From Mustelus asterias (lineage: Eukaryota), in the NCBI RefSeq assembly GCF_964213995.1, contig NW_027590128.1, forward strand, positions 434,001-498,000: a stretch of DNA of 64,000 nucleotides, in the 5' to 3' direction. This document shows, piece after piece, positions 40,421-51,818 of this stretch (the stretch's first letter is position 1; each line of letters begins with the position of its first letter). The notes below the pieces were generated by a model. That model was not told the DNA's origin and did no database searches. It was given only the letters and a program-made list of their open reading frames with translations. The translations under genes and the position numbers were made by a program.

Positions 40421-42509
40421 TTGCATCCACGCCATTCTGCTCTGGAGAATTCCACAGGTTCGCTACCCTCTCATATGAAGAAACATTTCTCACAATAAAC
40501 ATCTCACACTTAAACTTTTGTATTACAGAATAACACTCTGTGGGAAAAACCATTACTTTAATTTTCTGATTTTTCTCCCATTCATAGTCGTCAGTCCATC
40601 TCTCCTTCAATTACTGTGCTAAAAACCAAACTATTATCATTTCTTTTACACATTGAAATGGGAATGGAGGTGAATGTAATGCTGAGACCGGCAGCATTCT
40701 GTGCGGTTGTTCTGGACGCTGTCAGAGTGAGTTCACCCTCACAGGCAGGAAGTCTGTTCACGGCGATAACATCAAATTGACCCCGGTTCTTTCATTCCCA
40801 GGTGACACATCTTCCTGTTCCTCTGTTGCAAACCGTATATCTCACTTCTGAGAAAAAAATAAATCCATGGACCACAATCTGGTGAGAACATCTGTCAAGG
40901 CGGCCTATATCTGTCTTCAGTCACGGCAGTGTCACATAGATCACATTGGGATGACATTTACAAATTAGCCTGTTGTGATCTGTTTAGAGCTTCCATTCCA
41001 GGACATAACTGCATGGTCAGTGGATCAGTCACTGAGCTCCCTTCGTTCTCTGAGGCGAGAAATGAGATCTTGCTAACTTACACATTTTTCTATTATTTCT
41101 CTCTCTCTCTGTTACATTCTCTTTAATGGTTCTCAGCTTTTAACTGCCAGCACCCTGTCTCTATTTCTCATTTTAATTTTCCTATCTCTCCTGGTATCTC
41201 TCTTCATCTCCCTGTCAGTCTATATAATTAAAGTTTTCAAAATCATTAAGGTGGGAGTGGCAGGAGTGTCGCTAACCAGTGTGCACAGGTTATTAGACAG
41301 ATGACGTTAGAAGAATAATTGTTTACTTTTACACAACGAGTTGACATGAACTGCAATGAGCAGCCTGAAAGGGTGATGGAATCAGATTTGACAGTAACTT
41401 TGTAAATTGAATTAGATAAACACTTGATGATGTTTAAATTTGATGTCTTGTCGAGAATAGGACTATCTGGATGGTTCGTTATATCATTGTCCAAGCATCA
41501 TTTCTGTACCAAACGTCAAAAGAGTGATAAGGTCACAGGAAGGCGTCCATCGTTGGAAGGAGAAATGTCGAGAGTTTCTCTCTTCTTCAGCTCTCTCACC
41601 CATTCTGAGTCGAAGAAAATAACAGATAAGAGAAACAGAAAGAAATTGAATATAAAGTATCATCGTGAACATTGGCCTTTATTATGTGGTCAATACTCTG
41701 AACTCAGACTTGAACCCAAATCATTCCGAGGAGTCTGTGTGACTGCAGTTAGTCAGTGTCGATCTGGTCTGTTCCCAGTTCCTACTGCACAATTACAAAT
41801 GTAACCTGCCACAGACGCTGAAAATCTGAAACCTAAATGTAATGTGCTGAGAAAGACTCAACACGTCACACAGCAGAAGGAAAATACGTTTGTTTTTCAC
41901 ATATTCTTATCCTTTGCACGCTTACATTATGGGTTTTGGAGACTGATTCATCATCACCATTTAGTTTAAAACGTTAACTGTTTCTCTCCTCAGATCCTGT
42001 CTGAGACGCAGAGCATTTCCAGAAGTTTGTGTTGTAGCTGTCCTGACACTAGACCCTGTCAGTATGATTGCACTAACTCTTTCCTGACCATATTGCAATG
42101 GCACTTGACTCTGTTATTAAGAATTAAACAAAGCATTTGTTAGCATATCAATAGGCGCTGTCTCTCACTCACGATTATTTCAAACAGAACTTTGACTGTG
42201 TGCAGCAGAAACTGACTGTGTCATCATCAGAATCGACCCAGTTATGTGTTCAGTAAAATACTGCACATTCCTTCTGTTAAAATTACACCAAGCACTGCAT
42301 TTCTTAAACTCAATTAAGTATTGATTTGCTAATTTTATTGCGTGTTATACATTAAGATTGATTGTAATCGTTGCTCTAATAGCGCCCCTGTCATCCACAT
42401 TTCAATACAGGGCGTCAGCTAGGATGTTTTCTTCAGGACAATAGGCCAACATTACAGCAACTCACTTTAAATTCCAAATTTTAATTGCATGTTTGAATCT
42501 CACGATCTT

Positions 42510-42998
42510 CTGTGGGATGTAAATAAGGTTGAAAGAGTGCAGAGAAGGTTCACAAGGATGTTGCCGGGACTTGAGAAGCTGAGTTACAGAGAGAGATTGA
42601 ATAGGTTGGGACTTTATTCCCTGGAGCGTAGAAGATTGAGGGGAGATTTGATAAAGGTGTATAAGATTTTGATGGGTATAGATAGAGTGAATGCAAGCAG
42701 GCTTTTCCCGCTGAGGCTAGGGGAGAAAAAGACCAGAGGGCATGGGTTAAGGGTGAAAGGAGAAAAGTTTAAAGGGAATATTAGGGGGGGCTTCTTCACG
42801 CAGAGAGTGGTGGGAGTGTGGAATGAGCTGCCGGATAAAGTGGTAAACTTTTAACATTTAAGAAAAACTTGGACGTGTTCATGGATGAGAGGGTGTGGAG
42901 GTATATGGTCCAAGTGCAGGTCAGTGGTTCGGCACAGACAAGAAGGGCCAAAAGGCCTGTTTCTGAGCTGTAATTTTCTATGGTTCTATGGTTCTATG
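42510..42998 (+). mobile_element. young CR1 3' fragment with (TATGGTTC)n tail
   Basis: ORF 42489..42854 (ERVQRRFTRMLPG...FFTQRVVGVWNELP). Confidence 0.88.
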
Positions 42999-43879
42999 AT
43001 CATTCAGCCCGCAAATATTGTGTGCTGAGCCTTTTCAACAATTTCAGCTTTTACCAGAGATGGTTGGGCTTCTTTGAATTGAAACAAATGTGTTATATTC
43101 CGGTCAACAATGTTCATGTGTCGGGTCGTAGCTCCAGGAATATTCTTCCCGCTTCGGATGTTTCAACTGGTGGGCACGCGAGAGGTTCCCTCATTCAAAT
43201 CGTAGGCAACCCCTTTGCTTCGTTTTGTCGAAAATAGGTGTTTTGATTTGTTTGTGGCGCAGGTGGCGGAGTTAGTTTTTGCTGGCCAGCTCCGAAAACG
43301 ATTCAGAGAGACACAGAGTTTTACAGTACGGGAGAGGCCGTTCGGCCCATCGGCCATCGTGTCCGCGTCGACCGTCAACCCCCAGAACTTGAAACATGAA
43401 CGCTGTTTCCCTCACCATAGATGCTGCCAGGCCTACTGAAATAACGCAGCATTTTCTGTTTTAATTTCAGGTTTCCAGTTTTTGCCGTGTTCCACTTCAT
43501 ATTCGGTCCGGTTTGAATGATACCAATTGCTGGGCCGTGAGTATCAATGTGCCAGAATGTTTGATGCGTTGCAAATTTGATCAGGGGGTCAAAGGAATGT
43601 ATCAGAAAAGAGGATCCGCACTTCATCTTGAATTCCTCGTCTTGAATATTTTTCCCCATTTCTCCATCATGAAGGCATCTTTTTTGAAAAGGTGGATCCC
43701 CTGTCATTTCCTCTAGTTCAGTTACAACATCAATTGTGTCTCTCTCTCTTTGAGCACACGCTACTGTTCGACATGTTTTAGATGGAAATTAACTTTGTTA
43801 TCTCCGTCTATAAACTCAGTATTGTTGAAAGAAGCAACGACTATATATGCACGGTGTGAAAATAGGAACATCATTTTAC

Positions 43880-44678
43880 AAAGAACAAAGAACAGAGAAA
43901 ATTCCAGCACAGAAACAGCCCTTCTACCCTCCAAGCCTGCACCGGCCACACTGCCCGACAGAACCAAAGCCCCCTATCCTTCCAGGTACCATAACCGTCT
44001 GTTCCCATCCTAATCATGTATTTCTCAAGACGCCCCTTAAAAGTCGCTATCGTATTTGCTTCCACTGCCTGCCCGAGCAGCGAGTTCCAGGCACCCACCA
44101 CCCTCTGTGAAACAAATTACCTCGGACATCTCCTTTAAACCTTTCCCCCCACAGCATAAACCTATGCCCCCTAGTAATTGACTCTTCCACCCTGGGAAAT
44201 AGCTTCTGAGTATCCACTCTGTCCATGCCCCACATAATCTTGTCGACTTCTATCGGGTCGCTCATCAACCTCCGTCATTCCAGTGAGAACAAACCAAGTT
44301 TCTCCAACCCCTCCTCACAGCTAATGCGCTCCATACCAGGCAACATCCTGGGAAATCTTTTCTGTACCCTCTCTAAAGCCTCCACATCCTTCTATCAATG
44401 TGGCGACCAGGATTGAACATTATATTCTAAGTGCGACCTAACTAAAGTTCTATAAAGCTGCAATACTTAATTGAGAATATTTAAACTCAAAGCCCCGGCA
44501 GATGCAGGCAAGCATGCCGTATGCCTTCTTGACTACCTTCTCCACCTGCGTTGCCACTTTCAGTGACGTGTGTACCTGTACACCCAGACCTCTCTGACTA
44601 TCAATAGTCCTAAGGGTTCTGCCAATTACTGTATATTTCCTATTTGTATTAGACCTTCCAAAATGCATTCCCTCACAT
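43880..44678 (-). mobile_element. CR1 3' fragment, same subfamily as 18022-18900
   Basis: ORFs 43871..44101, 44047..44268 and 44450..44710. Confidence 0.85.
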
Positions 44679-44844
44679 TTTCTTCTCATTGTACCATGAA
44701 TATTCAGCACTTCTAATTTTAATGAATGAATTTTGAGGCCATGTCAGAGCAAATAAATATCCCTGGGAGCTAGCAGGTCTATTAAGATTGGGCATGAAAT
44801 TTAAATTCTACAAACGTCCCTCAAGCTGAGCGAGAAACAATTGA

Positions 44845-44902
44845 TTTTTCTTCCTGGTTTTAGAACGTGTTAGGTGAACATGATAACCACTATACTGAAG
44901 CA
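44845..44902 (-). pseudogene. internally deleted tRNA-Val(AAC) remnant
   Basis: CGTGTTAGGTGAACATGATAACCACTATACT at the cassette-equivalent position. Confidence 0.6.
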
Positions 44903-45458
44903 GCTGATCGCAGAGCCCATGCAATCAGGCTGTCTGCAATGTTCAACTCCACTATGTTGTTGCAGGTTCTAATGGTGAAACTGACAGCCCATGTCACTGA
45001 ATACAAGAAGACAAACGTTACATCCGACCGGATGTCTCAATTTATCTTGAACTTCAAAATTTAAAATCTTTCATCTGTCAAATGTCTAAGAGAGCAATGA
45101 TTTATGCTCAATCATTAATGCATCATTCTCACCTTCCTTCGAATAGTATCAACCAATTCTACTCAGTGTATGTTTCATAGAATCATAGAATCCCTATAAT
45201 GCAGAAAATGCCATTCGACCCAACGAGTATGCACCGACCCTCTGACATCCTATCCCCGTAACACCACAGCTTTCCTCTGGATGATCTATCTAACCTAAGG
45301 GGCAGTTTAGCATGGCCAATCTACCTAAACTGCGCATATTCTGTCAATATTTAATATCCGTACATTTATTAATATAAATGTTATCATCGTGAATTGAACT
45401 TATCTGAAATACACAATATTGAATTGCAAACATGACTGACCAACAAAAGAAATCGAGT

Positions 45459-45807
45459 TTAAAGCAGAACACTGCGGATGCTGGAATCTGAAACAAAAAC
45501 AACAAATGCCGCAAAATCCCAGCAGGACTGCTAGCATCTGCTGGGAGAGAATGGAGCCAAAGTTTTGAGTCCAGATGACTCTTCGTCAGAACGTATTTCC
45601 TCCTTTCATTCCATGAAGCTGATTTTTCTCCGTGTGAAGTCATTGTCCAATCCAAATTTGAAGAAGGAGTTTCTGCATTTTGCCTTAGTTAACAAAAGTT
45701 ATCTGACGAAGCGTCATCTATTAGACTCGAAACGTTGGCTCTATTCTCTCCCCACAGACGCTGTCAGACCTGCTGAGGTTTTCCAGCATTTTCTGTTTTT
45801 GTGTGTG
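45459..45807. mobile_element. Penelope-type pLTR pair in inverted orientation with 14-bp TSD
   Basis: AAAAGAAATCGAGT at 45445-45458 and 45808-45821; hammerhead-like CTGACGA...GAAACGTT at 45703-45736; empty site in the paralog near 13315. Confidence 0.7.
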
Positions 45808-46444
45808 AAAAGAAATCGAGTCGCTGGGTGATACAGATCCCATGGTGTTTATTTCACATTGAGCACAGGCAGCTATTAAACAAAGTCAAATATCTTAAAA
45901 GGGAAGACGTTTAAGAATGATCTATTAGTTATACTTGATCCCCTTTTATTCTGGGTGTGAAACATTCTGGCGCCTAAATCCTGTTCATCTATAGGGAAGT
46001 CCAGCAGATCGCACTGAGTCTTGATTTCGTCATCTGCCTGAGTGTTTTTTTGCTACTTCTCTATTATGATGAACGATGTTAAAAGATTGTTCTGCGCAAT
46101 GTTGCCATTTCCTCTAGTTCAGTTACAGTATCACTTGTGTCCGCTTTATTAGCACACAATTCCATTAGATATGTTTCAGATGGTGATTATAGGTTTATAG
46201 GTGCAGACATGTTAGTCTGCACCTATAAACCCATTGAATTCTGTTGTACACTGAATGAATTGCCAACATGTGCATCTTATCAAAATAGGAACATTTCATT
46301 CCTCATGACGTCTTAAAATGCAGCATTTCTGAATTTGCTGAAAGCATTTGGGGCCGAGGTCACGTCAAATATAATATGGCTGTAACATCGAGATTCTGAT
46401 AATGTTCAGAAACAAACTTGAATCCTGCAAACATCGCAGTCCTA

Positions 46445-46517
46445 TGTTTCCAATCGGTTGCAAACCAGTGACTTTTCGCGTGTAAGGCGAGCGTGATGAC
46501 CAATAAGCTACAGAAAT
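46445..46517 (-). pseudogene. tRNA-Val(TAC) pseudogene
   Basis: Revcomp ATTTCTGTAGCTTATTGGTCATCACGCTCGCCTTACACGCGAAAAGTCACTGGTTTGCAACCGATTGGAAACA. Confidence 0.75.
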
Positions 46518-47676
46518 GATTGGTTACTCTAAAACCTAAAGGGACTGTCTCTGTATCATTCACTGCTCTCAGGCCCGCATTCATCTCTGTACTTCAGTTG
46601 GATTGTCTCTGAATCATTCCGCTCAATCTCAGCCTTGCCTATGTCAATGACTTTTATAGCTCTCTCAAAGTGTACAGGTGCATTGGATGATATAGGAAGT
46701 GTACAGCTTAGAGACTAAGGACTTACTTGCCTGCATAGCACCGTTGATCAAATCTTTAAACATGGTGGGTTAGCAAGCACTGAGCTGATGCTCTGCTGAC
46801 GCTTCATTCAGCCACCTAGTCTTGGAAATTTCTTCGACATTAAACAGAGAGATCAGGCAGTGACAGGGCTGATCCGCTGAAGGATGCCGAAAATAGCTCC
46901 ATGGCCAACAGTCTCCGAATCCAAATCACTGAATCCAGGCAGCCACTGAGCTGATGCACAAACTGGGCCACACTCACCTGCATAGGCACATTGCTCAGGT
47001 TTTTAACAGGAAGTATGTACAGGGATAGGAAAACATACCTTTCAAGTTATCACCAATTTACGCTTGCATATTGCTCAGATCTACCTTGCAGCCACATTCA
47101 TTTTACTGCTGCATTGTTTTGATTAAATGTTTATTTTTCTATTCTTTGATTGAAGTGTTTTTAGGCGTACATTTCTTCCCATCTGTTCTCTCTTTTGTTC
47201 GCTCCCTCAACATCAACTTCATTACTCCCTTTGTCAGCCGGAGATATCCCCTACCGCCCCGCCCCCTTTTCTATCGTCCCGTTCCCTGGTTAAATCTCGC
47301 AGTCCATGAGGTGCTGTCGGGCAGCTCTGAAGCCTTTTTAAGTCTGAGCAACCTTTACTTGGTGAAGCTGATCTTCCCAGCCAAGCCTGAATTGAAGCAA
47401 ATAACAATTGGAAACGAAACATAAACTCTTTAACTGATAGCTACTCTCTCTCTCTCACTCTCGCCGATCAACCTTCCAGTCTGATGGGATTCTGCTGTGT
47501 GTTGTCTCAGCCGATCCTGGATTCAGTTGGGTGACAGTTTGATCCGAGGTTAATGAGGTTTCCTCTGGGTGTGTGTTGGAGCGGCTGACAGCGCCGCTGC
47601 TCAATCTGGCTGTAACCTTCCGCGATTCTCTGCACAAACCTCAACAGACTGGAGCACCCAATGATAGCTGGAAAGC

Positions 47677-47715
47677 AGTTTTTGTACGGGGGTGAGACTG
47701 CTTTCTATCACTGTG
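47677..47715 (-). other. 23-bp-spacer recombination signal sequence (RSS)
   Basis: CACAGTG (47715-47709) + 23 nt + ACAAAAACT (47685-47677). Confidence 0.95.
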
Positions 47716-48022
47716 AGGCTGAAAGCGCAGTAATAGCGGCCAGCGTCAGTCAGCTGTAGGCTCGAGATGGTTAAAGTGGTTAATTTAGCCGAGGTCTGGA
47801 GATCAGCAGAGAAATTTGGTCCAAAAACTTCCCCTCTCTCTTCTTGTGTATCCCAGGACCTTTTCCATATAATGAACTGCAAATTCTTCTGTGGCTGCTG
47901 TCTGTACCAATATAGGACATAGGCGCTCGCTGTTGTGCTGTAGGTACATCGGAGAGTCACCGTTTCACCTTCTTTCCTCTCGAAAGACTGCGGCTGAGAA
48001 ACAGAATCTCCATCACTCGGAT
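47716..48022 (-). CDS. T-cell receptor alpha/delta-type V segment, V exon (open frame)
   Basis: TTACAG acceptor; DSVSQPQSFERKEGETVTLRCTYSTTASAYVLYWYRQQPQKNLQFII...LTISSLQLTDAGRYYCAFS with conserved C, W and YYC, followed directly by the RSS. Confidence 0.9.
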
Positions 48023-48237
48023 CTGTAACATGTATTCAAGAAGAAAAATAAACTATGTGTTGGACGTGCTGCTGAAATAATATTAACACTTTACAGTCCA
48101 GTCTACATAACTGGAGTTATGAAATAAAAACAAATAAAGGCTGAATTACTCAGCAGCGTCAGGAAGCATCACTGGAGAGAAGCAGAGTTAAAGTTTCAGA
48201 TCGAGATAACATTTAACCAGATTGGAGTCATCCTTAC

Positions 48238-48283
48238 CGACAAGAAACAGCCCGAACACAATGCATACGGTGAGGAACTCCAT
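48238..48283 (-). CDS. leader (signal peptide) exon of the TCR V segment
   Basis: GCCGCCATGG Kozak, MEFLTVCIVFGLFLV then G|GTAAG phase-1 donor, in frame with the V exon. Confidence 0.88.
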
Positions 48284-48352
48284 GGCGGCAGCAGAGCCCG
48301 GGGCTATGGTTACCTTTAAAAATCCAAGCATTACCGGTACGGAATCTATTTT

Positions 48353-48360
48353 TAACGTCA
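48353..48360 (-). promoter_or_regulatory. CRE-like element in the V promoter
   Basis: TGACGTTA about 70 bp upstream of the ATG; CCAAT motifs at about 48384 and 48447. Confidence 0.45.
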
Positions 48361-50050
48361 CTTTCTGATTTCAATGTTCCCGTCCAATCAAACAATCTGC
48401 AATCTACCCGTCATAGATTGAGATAATATTTAAATGAGTTTCAGTGATTGGCTGAAGCTCTTTGACCAACTGTATTAAATATCTGAGACTGGAGTCAGTC
48501 ACTTGAGTGAATGTAATGTGTGGTGTGACGGAAGAGTCAGCTTTGCTGACAAGACCATAAGATATAGGAGCAGAGTTAGGCTATTCGGCCCATCGTGTCT
48601 GCTCCATCATTCAGTCATGGCTGATATGTTTAGAATCCCTACAGTGCAGGAGGAGGCCATTCCGCCCATCGAGTCTTCACCGACCACAGTCCCAGTCAGG
48701 CCCCGTTTCCGTAACTCCATGGCCAATCAACCTAACCCACATACTTTTGGACAGTGGGAGGAAACCGGAGCACGCAGGGGAAACCCACGCAGACACGGGG
48801 AGAATGTGCAGACTCCGCACAGGCAGTGACCCGAGGCTGGAATTGAACCCGGGCCTCTGGCGCTGTGAGGTAACAGTGCTAACCATTGTGCTAGAGTGCC
48901 ATCCCTGTGGGGTTTCTCAACCCCATTCTCCCATCTTTTCCCCATAACGTTTGATCCCTTCACCAATCAAGGACCTATCGATCTCTGTCTTAAATATACT
49001 CAATGATCTGGCCTCCTTAGCCTTCTGTGGCAAGCAATTCCACAGATTCACCACCCTCTGCCTGAAGAAATTACTCCACATCTCGATTCAAACGGGCCCC
49101 CACTTTACTCTGAGGCAGTGCGCTCGGATCCAACACTCTCCTACTAATGGAAACATCTTCCTCACGTCTACTCTAACCAGGCCTTTCCGTATTCTGTAAA
49201 CCTCAAAGAGATCCCCCACATCACTCTAAACTGCATCGAGTACAGACCCAGAGTTCTCAGGTGGAAGCAGTTTTTTATTTGATCGGTTTAAATCGTTCAT
49301 ATTGAATTTTATTTATTTTTATGTAGGTTTGTGATGGCTTCTCAAGATCATTAATCTCACTGTCATGTGCGTGACCTGTTCACACTGAACGCTTCGTTCT
49401 GAACAGTAGACTTCGTCGGGTTGCGAATTTAAATAAAACAATATACTGATTGTACAACAGCGGATTAGATGCAGATCCCTTGAGAGAAACAAGTTCAGCA
49501 ACACAGAAACATCCAAGCTAAGAAATGAAGGTAAACGAATGCAAAGACACTGAGTGATTCGAAGGCCGAGACCGTGATCGAAGGAGAGAGATAAGTGGAG
49601 AGGAAGAGATGGAGATGTAGAGAGATGAGCAAGAGGAAAGAGAATGACAGAAATGAGGCAGTGACAGGGATATAAAAAGTGGGACAGACATTGAGATAAA
49701 TGAGGGAGAGACGGGGGCAGCAAGGGAAATAGATGGTGATACGGTGAAGGGAACAGTTGCAGATATGTAGAGATAATACAGAGAGTGACACAAAGAGAGA
49801 CAAACGAACAGATCACAAGAGAAACAGAGATAGACAGTGACAGGAACAAACGGGTACAACTTGAAAATCAATGGCCTAAATCCAATCAGGAAGCGATTCC
49901 AGAAAGCGAAAGATAAATAACATAATTTAGAACGTGATGCCAGCGGGGAGATTTCCGAGAGCTCCTTGACACCCTGAGAATGAAGCTAGTATCGGTATCA
50001 CATTGTGATCCTTCTCGTGCCCCTGCAGTAAACACGCACATGCGGTGAGG

Positions 50051-50069
50051 CAGCTCCATCTGGCGGCGA
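50051..50069 (-). promoter_or_regulatory. candidate CTCF site between the two divergent V genes
   Basis: TCGCCGCCAGATGGAGCTG resembles the CTCF core consensus. Confidence 0.45.
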
Positions 50070-50762
50070 TCCGAGGTACATAGTTATTTTCTGGAAAACC
50101 ACCGAATTCTCAGAAGACGGAAGGACGTTACTGCATTCGTTTCAAATCTACGTTTATTTATTAGTGTCACAAGTCTCTGGACTAATAGATTCTGAGTTTC
50201 TCTTTCTCCCTGTATTTCTCGGGTTCTCCGGTTCTCTTTTCGTTTGGGACCGATGTATCTCGTTCTGTCATTCCGCCTCGGTTTCTCTATCTCCCTTTGT
50301 CCTGCTTCTGACCGTCTCTGTCTTCACACTGGCTCTACCTTCTTCTGTTTCTCCCCTTTTCCCTAAGGTTCAGGGTTGAGACAATCCGATTTCTCCCACT
50401 CTCCCACTTCAACGAGTCCACTCAATTACTCATTATATTGGAGCAGCAATAATTGATAAAGTTAATAACCAGAACTTAAGGGGTAACATTACGATGGAAA
50501 GATTTAAATGCAAATAACTAAAGAATATAGGAAGTGAATGTGAATCCAGGGTCATGTTTGCATCTTGTGTTGTTATTTTAGAGTAGGCATCTTATCGGAA
50601 TCTAGATGGCTCCTTCTTGTTTAAAATGGGCGTTTATAACCACTATTAATTGAATAAAGCGAATCGCCAGCAACGAAATAAAGTTGGGATTATCTCTCAT
50701 GCATACGTTCAACTGCATCAAATTACACTGCAATAGTAAAAGTACTGCTAGAATAATCCGAC

Positions 50763-51335
50763 ATCGTAGCACAGTGGTTAGTCATGCTGCGTTACAGCGC
50801 TTTGGACCCGGGTTCAGCCACTGTCTGTGTGGAGTCTGAAGATTCTCCCCGTGTCTGCGTGAGTTTCCTCCGGGTGCTCCGGTTTAGAACATAGAACATA
50901 GAACATAGAACATTACAGCGCAGAACAGGCCCTTCGGCCCACGATGTTGCACCGACCAGTTAAAAAAAAACTGTGACCCTCCAACCTAAACCAATTTCTT
51001 TTCGTCCATGAACCTATCTACGGATCTCTTAAACGCCCCCAAACTAGGCGCATTTACTACTGATGCTGGCAGGGCATTCCAATCCCTCACCACCCTCTGG
51101 GTAAAGAACCTACCCCTGACATCGGTTCTATAACTACCCCCCCTCAATTTAAAGCCATGCCCCCTCGTGCTGGATTTCTCCATCAGAGGAAAAAGGTTTC
51201 CTCCCGCAGTCCGAAAGATGTGCTGGTTAGGTGCATTGGCCATGCTAACTTTTCCCTCAGTGTACCCGAACAGGCGCCTGAGTATGGCGACGAGGGGATT
51301 TTCACATTAACTTCATTGAAGTGTTGATGTGACTG
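50763..51335 (+). mobile_element. SINE interrupted by a minus-strand CR1 3' fragment (50886-51194)
   Basis: SINE text resumes after the insert; GGTTT duplicated at 50881-50885 and 51195-51199. Confidence 0.8.
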
Positions 51336-51433
51336 AAAATTTTCAGCATTAAGCCAATGTTTGAATGATCAATGCCTGTTCCATGGGCTCTCTTCGCTCT
51401 GAGATATTTAATATCTTCTGTGTTTTGTGACAG

Positions 51434-51737
51434 AGATAAATGCTGAAGCTTCAGTGTTTCAAGATCGATCTAAATGAAGCGCTCTGGAAGGACAGAACAT
51501 ATTGTTGGACTGTAAATACTCGACAGCTGCTTTTCAAACTGTGTTCTGGTGCATCCACTATCCCGGGCAAGCTCTGCGATATTTGATGAAGGTATATAGC
51601 TCGGGCAATACCGATACGTCTCCGGATTTGTCAGATAGGTTCTCGGCTGCTTTGCACAAAGGAAACAACACTGTTCCTTCAAAAATCGCCAGGGCTCTTC
51701 TGCCTGACAGCGCCGTGTATTTCTGTGCCATGGAGGC
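51434..51737 (+). pseudogene. T-cell receptor alpha/delta-type V pseudogene
   Basis: TGACAG acceptor; EASVFQDRSK*SALEGQNILLDCKYST...FWCIHYPGQ...DRFSA...DSAVYFCAME; in-frame TGA at 51475-51477. Confidence 0.85.
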
Positions 51738-51777
51738 CACACTGGTGCAGAAATGCAGCGAACCCCGCACAAAAACC
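51738..51777 (+). other. RSS with variant heptamer and 24-nt spacer
   Basis: CACACTG + 24 nt + ACAAAAACC. Confidence 0.85.
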
Positions 51778-51801
51778 CCAGACTGGGAGTTCCGGTTAGA
51801 G

Positions 51802-51818
51802 ATCAGCAGAGGGCGCTC
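51802..51818 (+). promoter_or_regulatory. candidate CTCF site about 25 bp downstream of the RSS
   Basis: ATCAGCAGAGGGCGCTC matches the CTCF core CCAGCAGAGGGCGC at 13/14. Confidence 0.55.

Noticed and set aside
42180-42250. Possible TCR J or D segments (GACTGTG motifs)
   Set aside because: No nonamer at correct spacing and no FGxG motif; no J or C exon was recognised anywhere in the window.
49319-49871. Three overlapping hydrophobic ORFs (up to 176 aa)
   Set aside because: They arise from AG/CT-rich low-complexity sequence, with no domain or splice support.
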